From positions 1-29,678 of IMG/VR virus record IMGVR_UViG_3300050504_000029: DNA of 29,678 bases; one strand, written 5' to 3'. Of the stretch, positions 24,165 to 29,678 are shown piece after piece; position 1 is the first letter of the stretch; the number at the start of each line of letters is the position of its first letter. The notes below the pieces were generated by a model that was not told the DNA's origin, did not search any database, and saw only the letters and a list, made by a program, of their open reading frames with translations. The DNA comes from a virus. Position numbers and translations under genes: made by a program.

Positions 24165-24774
24165 TCTTCGATCCCTTCGGCCTACCTCGTCTCTTGGGTT
24201 CCTCAGCGGCCTTCTCAGCGAACCTACCGACCTTGCCATCCTCATAGAACGGGGCCAGATTCGGAACTTCCGTGTATCTGACCTCCAACTGATTCGTTGC
24301 CGGGTTCAGGACGTTCTCGGGGATCGTGGTCCGGTCCGTCAGGATGCGCCATCCCTTGAGCAGCATCTGGCTCTGGGTAGTAGGCCGCCCCATCGACGAC
24401 ACGCCGCAGAACACGTTATGGCAAGGCGCTGAATCCACCTTGTTGTCCTTCTCCACGATCACATTCACCCATCCAACCCTTCCGTACCTGGAAAGGATGC
24501 TACAACCTCCGCCCTCTGCCGCGAGACAGCCCTTGTTGGTTGTAGTCGCCCTTCCACAGGTACGAATGTAGGGTTGGTCTACTGCCATCAGTTCCGGTGG
24601 CAATCTCATCGGTGTCCCAGGATACGGATTGTCCTCCATGGGAACGACCACCTTCGAGTCCACGTTCACCTTGACGATCTGCTTGTCGATCTCAAGATAC
24701 GCAAAACGAGACGCCGGAGAGTTGAACGGTGTCAGATTCGGGTCGTACTGGGTCTGGGACTTCGGCGTCTCCAT
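24127..24774 (-). CDS. Cys-containing protein downstream of the capsid gene, with AT-hook-like C-terminal tail
   Basis: 215 aa with GAGGGGGA upstream of the ATG. Contains CGRATTTNKGC...GGGC and CHNVFC. The C-terminus is EEPKRRGRPKGSKN. Confidence 0.65.
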   Translation of the reverse strand: METPKSQTQYDPNLTPFNSPASRFAYLEIDKQIVKVNVDSKVVVPMEDNPYPGTPMRLPPELMAVDQPYIRTCGRATTTNKGCLAAEGGGCSILSRYGRVGWVNVIVEKDNKVDSAPCHNVFCGVSSMGRPTTQSQMLLKGWRILTDRTTIPENVLNPATNQLEVRYTEVPNLAPFYEDGKVGRFAEKAAEEPKRRGRPKGSKNANREEVVSPGS

Positions 24775-24791
24775 TTTGGTATCCCCCTCTG

Positions 24792-25643
24792 TTACGTGGT
24801 GGTGGTGATTCGGTGCATCCCACCGGTGGCCTGGTGGAGTACCGAACCGGCGTACATCGTGGAGGCGACGACCTTGGTAACGAGGTCGGAACGCTCCATC
24901 TCGATCTTGGGTCGGTTCTTCCGAACAAGGATCATGGACTTCTTCGACACCACCAGATTCCGAAGCGTGGTGGAGGTCTGGACGTTCTTCGTGAAGTTGA
25001 AGTTCACGCCGTAGGATGTGCCGATGTTGCCCGTCTTCGCGCTGCTGTTGTCTTCGCCACGAACGCTAGCGTTGACGATGTTTCCGATGGAGGCGATTTC
25101 CTTCCACTTCAAAGGATGGTACCAGCCGTCAAGCTGTCCCAACTGTACCTTGTCCCCGCCAGCGGAGAGGATGGACGACACGACCTGCTGGAACGAAGCC
25201 TCCGTGAAGCCCGCCGCGTCCGTGATGTCCGTGGACGTGAAGCCCGCATAGAGGGACAGAAGGTCGATGTCGATTTGCTGGTAGAGAGCCTCGGCCAGAC
25301 CAGGCGTGTAGGTACGAACCGTGTCGTAGGCCGTGGTGAGGATCACGTCCTCCAGAAGGTAGAGCGCGGCGTAGGTCACCGTGGGAGTGATGGCCTTCTC
25401 CGTATCCGTCTGGACCGCCGTGTTCGCGATGCTGGCCGACATGGCGGCACCCAACGCGGTGGCCGACATGGCCGTCACGATGGGGATATGAACCTTGAAG
25501 CCGGGCCCGAAGTAGGTCTCCCCGGTATCCCAGATCGACTTCGTGAAGCCTCGGGTGTTATTGACCGCGTATTCAGGCTGCGAGGCCCAGATTTCGGACA
25601 GCAGTTTTGCGGCGGTAGTTTGGGTGGTTACTGTAAGAGCCAA
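24792..25643 (-). CDS. Major capsid protein
   Basis: 283 aa immediately after the scaffold-like gene. TTG start with the strong SD TAGGAGAG 5 nt upstream. Composition and length are typical of small HK97-fold coat proteins. Confidence 0.7.
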   Translation of the reverse strand: MALTVTTQTTAAKLLSEIWASQPEYAVNNTRGFTKSIWDTGETYFGPGFKVHIPIVTAMSATALGAAMSASIANTAVQTDTEKAITPTVTYAALYLLEDVILTTAYDTVRTYTPGLAEALYQQIDIDLLSLYAGFTSTDITDAAGFTEASFQQVVSSILSAGGDKVQLGQLDGWYHPLKWKEIASIGNIVNASVRGEDNSSAKTGNIGTSYGVNFNFTKNVQTSTTLRNLVVSKKSMILVRKNRPKIEMERSDLVTKVVASTMYAGSVLHQATGGMHRITTTT

Positions 25644-25652
25644 CTAACTCTC

Positions 25653-26408
25653 CTATTCGGACCTTACCTTGGCACCTTCTGAGATTCCCCTGATCCCTCT
25701 CTCCTGGAGAACCCTTCCAAGGCGCTGAGAGTAAGCCTCCAAAGTTTCCCCGGACCTTTGAGGTCCTGTGTCGTCCCCCGCGTCCGGTGGCCCTGCCCCT
25801 CCAGTTATGCCGCTAGGAATGACCACCTGTTGATCTCGGCGGTTTCTAGACGGCGGTGCGTTCCCGTTTGAATACCCAGGCTGTGCGGACATGTACCGGT
25901 AGACCACGCTAACGGCTCGGTCGATCCCAACCCGCTCTAGGAGCGCCTGATCTGGGTAGACTTCGAGCATGGAGTTGAAAAACGCAGCCCGGTCCACCTT
26001 GTTTGGCACTCTTGCCATGAGCGAGTCGTAGCCGGTGTTCAAGTCCTGAGTCAGCCTGCTGATTCTTTGCGACTCCTCGCGCTCTCTGCGACGTTCCTCC
26101 CGGTCTTCCCTCATTTCCTGCGCTAGTTGGGCCACAGTGCGAAATGTGGGGTCCTGCTCGTAGCCTGGAGGGGTCTCGAAGGCATTGGAACGCCGGACCT
26201 TCTCCTCAAGGGCTTGGAGTTCTCTCTCTTTCTGTTCCAGCCGGGCCTTGCGCTGCCCGATCTCCCTGATCTCGAAGTCGGCGGCTCTGGGGTCCCAACC
26301 GTAGTGCTGCGATACGGCCTCAATCGCCGCGTTTATGTCTACGGGCGGAGGCTCGGGCGGTGCAGGCGGTGCCGGTGTTTCTTCCTGTGGTTCTTCCTCG
26401 AAAGCCAT
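25653..26408 (-). CDS. Scaffolding protein
   Basis: 251 aa between portal and capsid. Acidic, Pro-rich N-terminus and a long charged coiled coil (RKARLEQKERELQALEEKVRR, EDREERRREREESQR). Confidence 0.6.
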   Translation of the reverse strand: MAFEEEPQEETPAPPAPPEPPPVDINAAIEAVSQHYGWDPRAADFEIREIGQRKARLEQKERELQALEEKVRRSNAFETPPGYEQDPTFRTVAQLAQEMREDREERRREREESQRISRLTQDLNTGYDSLMARVPNKVDRAAFFNSMLEVYPDQALLERVGIDRAVSVVYRYMSAQPGYSNGNAPPSRNRRDQQVVIPSGITGGAGPPDAGDDTGPQRSGETLEAYSQRLGRVLQERGIRGISEGAKVRSE

Positions 26409-26420
26409 CGTTCCTCCTAG

Positions 26421-26705
26421 TTAGTCTTCAGGCGTTTCAGCCACATGCGGCTTGTCGTAGTTCAGCCATCCGTCCTTGTGAAGCGATGACATCTGCCGTG
26501 CCCCCATACCAGGGGCATCCACGGTCTTGGTAGCCAAGGAAACGGGAGTCAGCGACGAGGCCATGCTGCCCGGATTCCCCGTGATCTCTGACGTATCGGC
26601 CCCTGCCGTGCTGCAAGCGTCGTCCGTAGGGGAAGGCAGACTGATGTAGCCAAGCCCTTGAACCATGCTGTCGGTATTGATTGGGAGGTCCTTGCCGGGG
26701 CTCAT
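26421..26705 (-). CDS. Hypothetical protein (94 aa, Ser/Thr/Pro-rich)
   Basis: ATGA overlap with the upstream gene. Confidence 0.55.
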   Translation of the reverse strand: MSPGKDLPINTDSMVQGLGYISLPSPTDDACSTAGADTSEITGNPGSMASSLTPVSLATKTVDAPGMGARQMSSLHKDGWLNYDKPHVAETPED

Positions 26706-26920
26706 TTCAGGCCTCCCAGGTCATGGGCCGAAGAGCCGATCTGCACCCGAACGGTGTTGGAGGTTTCCACGCTGGCACCGACCAACGGAGTCGGGAAATC
26801 GTGCTTAACCGGGACGGCATCGCTGACGTTGTTCGAGTATTGGGTTACGTTGTCGTAGCCCAGAAGGTCTGCGTCTCTGGGCGGGGCCGGAACCCCCATG
26901 TTCATGGAGAAAGAAGCCAT
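26702..26920 (-). CDS. Hypothetical protein (72 aa)
   Basis: The ATG overlaps the upstream TAA by 1 nt (TAATG). Confidence 0.55.
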   Translation of the reverse strand: MASFSMNMGVPAPPRDADLLGYDNVTQYSNNVSDAVPVKHDFPTPLVGASVETSNTVRVQIGSSAHDLGGLK

Positions 26921-27102
26921 TACTTGTCCTCCTTCTTCTTAGCCTGGAATCCGTTCGCTCCCATGAACTTCTCCAGTTCTTTCAAGGCCTCTTGCGGAGT
27001 CATCGTTTCGCCTTCAACCTTCTCCTCGAGGTCTCGGGCAGCCTTCACGATGGCTCGGAACGTATGGACATCCTCTACCTTGACGCCTTCCTTCCACGGC
27101 AT
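26920..27102 (-). CDS. Hypothetical small charged protein (60 aa)
   Basis: ATG 27102 overlaps the portal TGA by 1 nt, with GGGAGG 8 nt upstream. Confidence 0.6.
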   Translation of the reverse strand: MPWKEGVKVEDVHTFRAIVKAARDLEEKVEGETMTPQEALKELEKFMGANGFQAKKKEDK

Positions 27103-29036
27103 CACATACCTCCCGTTAGTTCTAGCGGTGGCGTTTCCATAGGCGGGGCTCCCATTTCAGGAGGCGGCGGCGGAGCCATTGCCTTCATCTCCTCCTCCAG
27201 CTTGATAGCATCCATGATCTCCCTGATCTCTCCCGGCTTCATCCCGATAGCGGGCAGGATGATCTCCAGCTTCTTCGGGATAAGGCCAGCCTCGGCGAGC
27301 TTGGCGATGTTCTGGCCACGGTTCTTGTCGGCAACTACCTCTTGGGAGTTGATGGACACCCGAATCTTGATGTTCTTCGGCAGCTTCTGCCACTCGATCT
27401 CGATGCCGCGCCGTTCACTGTTCGGGAACTCTACCTGTACGTTCCGAACGTCTGCGTAGTGCTGGTGCCCCAACTGGTAGACCTGGGAGAGCCAGTCGGA
27501 GAGGGCGTCTTCCATGCGGCGGACATGGGCGTCCACACGGCCAGCGTTGGATTGGGTGGTGGCCTCTACGGCTACACCTGACGGCGGCGGGTTGCCTACG
27601 AAGCCTGCTACTAGGTCGGTGTATCCGGAGACTGTCTGGAAACTGTGATTGTTCGCATCGAGGACTGCTTGCCAGACGGCGAGGTTGAATCCCGCTGGCT
27701 CCATGCGGCGGGCGAGCCCGCAGAGGTCGCGGCGTACCGGCAATGGTTGGCCTGGGGCGTTTCCGAGTCTTCCGTAGGCGTCCGCACCTATGGGATATTC
27801 GATGGGGCTGTTGACGGCCAGACGAACATAATCCACTCCCTGTCCGATGGTGACATCTCGGCACTCCTGGTTAGACCATAGGAGGGCAACGTCAGACCAA
27901 CCGTAGAAGCAGCCAGGTACTCTGTAGTGATGGTATGCGGCGAAGGGAAAGCAACCCTCGATATCCAAGGGGTTCTGCCCGTCAAAAAGTAGCGTGTCCC
28001 CAGAATAGACGATGAGTCTCCCATAGGGATAAGCCCTCCGAATCACCGTCTCTTTCTTGATCTTGGCCGGTATCTGAGCCTCTATCAGTGGAGCGCCACA
28101 GCCTGGGCAGTCTGTAGAATCCGCCTCCAGCGCGTCCGTCTCGTGATAGAGGCCGCAGTCCGTGCATCGGTATCCGGGATGGTCCTCTTGGATCACCGTC
28201 TCCTGGAGTTCTTCGATGATCGAATCCACATCGTTGATCCAGACGAAGCAGGTGCGAGCCTTCCTAGCCTTCAACTTCGACTGGCTGTCGATCAGGAATT
28301 CGCCGCTGTTGCCGTAGATTAGGTTGGCGTCCCCTGCGGTGGAGTATGTGATTCCGACCGCCTGGTTCGAGACGGGCTGTATCTCCGGCTTCACTTCCTT
28401 TGCTTTGGACTCGAACATCTGCCGGAGCACGGGCATTGGCAGGATGGCTTCCCAGACCATGTAGCCGCAGTCGTGGAGGTTGTCCTGGTCCGGGTCTACG
28501 AAGACTTCCTCGGAGCGAATGACCTTCGACTGAATCAGCATCTGGCCGGTGAGTTGGTCGGGCTTCACCGATGACATGACGATTCCTACCCCGGTGGCTG
28601 ACCCTTGTAGGAATAGGTCGTCCCTGATCCTGCGCCACTTGAGACGTTCGGCCTCCTGGAGCAGCGTTTCCTTGATTAGGAGCCGGTCGTAGTAGGTGGT
28701 CTTGTCTTCGAGGTCTTCGATGTGGATGGCTAGGTCGCCCTTACCGATGACGGCGGCCTTGTTGTCTACCGCTGCAAATAGGAGGTTGTCGATGGACTTA
28801 GTTCGCCAGTCGTCCTGAAGAATGGCCTGGGCGGTGGCGGGAATCTGATGATGGTCCTTGCCTAGAAGGTAATCCCAATTTTTTCTGAAGGTGGTGGTGT
28901 AGCGGTTGGCGGCCCCTCTTGCCTGCTCTGAGAGGGCGCGAGCGTAGCGATAACCGGGTAAATCCTTGTCGGGCTTTACCTGATCTGGTTCTCCCGCCAT
29001 ATCGGACGGGTGCTGAGGATCGGGATAGGCCGCCAC
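27102..29036 (-). CDS. Portal protein with an internal zinc-ribbon insertion
   Basis: 644 aa directly downstream of TerL, with size and gene order typical of a portal. GTG start (alternative ATG 29000). Pro/Glu-rich C-terminal tail. Residues ~291-313 read CTDC-(15 aa)-CPGC. Confidence 0.7.
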   Translation of the reverse strand: MAAYPDPQHPSDMAGEPDQVKPDKDLPGYRYARALSEQARGAANRYTTTFRKNWDYLLGKDHHQIPATAQAILQDDWRTKSIDNLLFAAVDNKAAVIGKGDLAIHIEDLEDKTTYYDRLLIKETLLQEAERLKWRRIRDDLFLQGSATGVGIVMSSVKPDQLTGQMLIQSKVIRSEEVFVDPDQDNLHDCGYMVWEAILPMPVLRQMFESKAKEVKPEIQPVSNQAVGITYSTAGDANLIYGNSGEFLIDSQSKLKARKARTCFVWINDVDSIIEELQETVIQEDHPGYRCTDCGLYHETDALEADSTDCPGCGAPLIEAQIPAKIKKETVIRRAYPYGRLIVYSGDTLLFDGQNPLDIEGCFPFAAYHHYRVPGCFYGWSDVALLWSNQECRDVTIGQGVDYVRLAVNSPIEYPIGADAYGRLGNAPGQPLPVRRDLCGLARRMEPAGFNLAVWQAVLDANNHSFQTVSGYTDLVAGFVGNPPPSGVAVEATTQSNAGRVDAHVRRMEDALSDWLSQVYQLGHQHYADVRNVQVEFPNSERRGIEIEWQKLPKNIKIRVSINSQEVVADKNRGQNIAKLAEAGLIPKKLEIILPAIGMKPGEIREIMDAIKLEEEMKAMAPPPPPEMGAPPMETPPLELTGGM

Positions 29037-29091
29037 GACGCGCAGCGTGTACTTCTAGACACAAGCCGTCAACTTGTTTCTGATAGCGCAA

Positions 29092-29678
29092 TTACGTCAG
29101 AGGGAGTTCTTTACCGCTGTTCTTCCACCCTTCGTAGGCGTCCGCATTGATTTCGTTCCCCGAGAGGCTGCCAACGAAGCGGCGGTTAGGCGTCAGGGCG
29201 TCGTTCCCTTCCCGGCGATAGCTCACCTGTAGGGCGGACCAGTTAGGGGTCTCATAGACCGGCTCTGAGTAGTGGATGGCGTACCCGATGCCGTGGGCGA
29301 ATGCTATGTCATCGTGGAAGCCGTCCGAATGTTCCACACGCTTACGTCCGCTGTCCTTCGACACCTTGACCACCATATGCGACATCTCTTCTAGAAGCTC
29401 CTGCGTGGGGGTCCAGCGGGCCTCTCTGAGGGCCCTGGATAGGCTATCTATGATGAGGCGGCGTGTCGGCTCGGTGGTGCGCCATCCTACCTTGTCCGTG
29501 ATGGTGGCCGTCTGCTTGTCCCAGGCCTTTGAGTAGTAGAGATTGGTATATTCCATCGCAGCGCCGACCGCCGCCGCCCCACCCTCCCCATTGACCTCGA
29601 TGGCTAGGAGGCATCCTCCGTAGGCGTTGCAGACGGGGAGGACAACGGTGCGGTAGAACCACTCGGGGTCCATGTCGT
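29092..29678 (-). CDS. terL: Terminase large subunit, C-terminal RNaseH-like nuclease part (same gene as 1..1190)
   Basis: ORF 29092..29673 begins MDPEWFYRTVVLPVCNAYGG, the same peptide encoded at 122..1. The frame stays open to the window end. Joined gene length is 1650 nt (549 aa). The conserved HDDIAFAHG segment near the C-terminus is typical of a terminase nuclease. Confidence 0.88.
   Translation of the reverse strand, partial: DMDPEWFYRTVVLPVCNAYGGCLLAIEVNGEGGAAAVGAAMEYTNLYYSKAWDKQTATITDKVGWRTTEPTRRLIIDSLSRALREARWTPTQELLEEMSHMVVKVSKDSGRKRVEHSDGFHDDIAFAHGIGYAIHYSEPVYETPNWSALQVSYRREGNDALTPNRRFVGSLSGNEINADAYEGWKNSGKELPLT
29552..29678. repeat. Right copy of exact 127-bp terminal overlap (identical to 1..127)
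   Basis: Same 127 nt as the window start. This implies a circular or circularly permuted assembly with unit length 29,551 bp. Confidence 0.97.

Noticed and set aside
24127-24245. Possible programmed frameshift joining the 215-aa and 158-aa ORFs (119-nt overlap)
   Set aside because: The downstream frame is +1, not -1, and I saw no slippery heptamer. An internal ATG (24164) with an AAGGGA SD explains the downstream gene as a normal overlapping start.
23481-24281. 266-aa + strand ORF; similar cases at 13196..13906 and 13188..13724
   Set aside because: Antisense to well-supported, translationally coupled minus-strand structural genes. Arg/Pro/Ser-rich composition. Shadow ORFs.
24729-25682. 317-aa + strand ORF, one of the longest in the track
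   Set aside because: It is fully antisense to the major capsid gene. Its product is Arg/Gly/Val-rich low-complexity with no SD. This is a typical shadow ORF in GC-rich coding DNA.
29037-29091. TTGACG hexamer and small hairpin between TerL and the portal as an internal promoter
   Set aside because: No acceptable -10 at 16-18 nt. The 5-bp stem is weak. The gap is probably just a ribosome-loading spacer.
1-29678. DGR, CRISPR array, retron, integrase/att, toxin-antitoxin with a known toxin fold
   Set aside because: There is no reverse-transcriptase-sized ORF and no template/variable repeat pair. There is no regular short-repeat array and no tyrosine or serine recombinase motif. The only long repeat is the 127-bp terminal overlap.

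Overview
The window is one complete, compact, GC-rich tailed-phage genome. Bases 1-127 recur exactly at 29552-29678, so the unit length is 29,551 bp, and the large-terminase gene reads in frame across the junction. There are two transcription blocks.

(1) A rightward early block on the + strand (2815-10571) holds about 24 mostly tiny genes that overlap by 1 or 4 nt. It includes an RHH regulator, a RecT-family annealase, a compact C5 DNA methyltransferase, a SLOG/DUF2493 protein, a secreted FN3-like+PA14 protein and a DUF1064 nuclease.

(2) A leftward late block on the - strand runs 2337->1, continuing 29551->10842. It encodes zinc-ribbon ORFs, a TerS-like protein, TerL, portal, scaffold, major capsid, tail and beta-helix tailspike proteins, ejection-type proteins, an M15 endolysin and a holin.

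The blocks diverge from a ~480-bp ORF-poor control region (2338-2814) and converge on a ~270-bp hairpin-dense region (10572-10841). By eye I found no tRNA, CRISPR array, integrase, reverse transcriptase, DNA or RNA polymerase, primase or helicase.

The most unusual points are:
- at least 11 CxxC zinc-ribbon modules, including one inserted in the portal and one on RecT
- a signal-peptide PA14 lectin-like gene inside the early operon, next to SLOG and methyltransferase genes (a possible counter-defence or moron block)
- the two structured non-coding regions
- a TerL gene with no ATG start

All functional calls come from motif recognition by eye. No database search or folding program was run.
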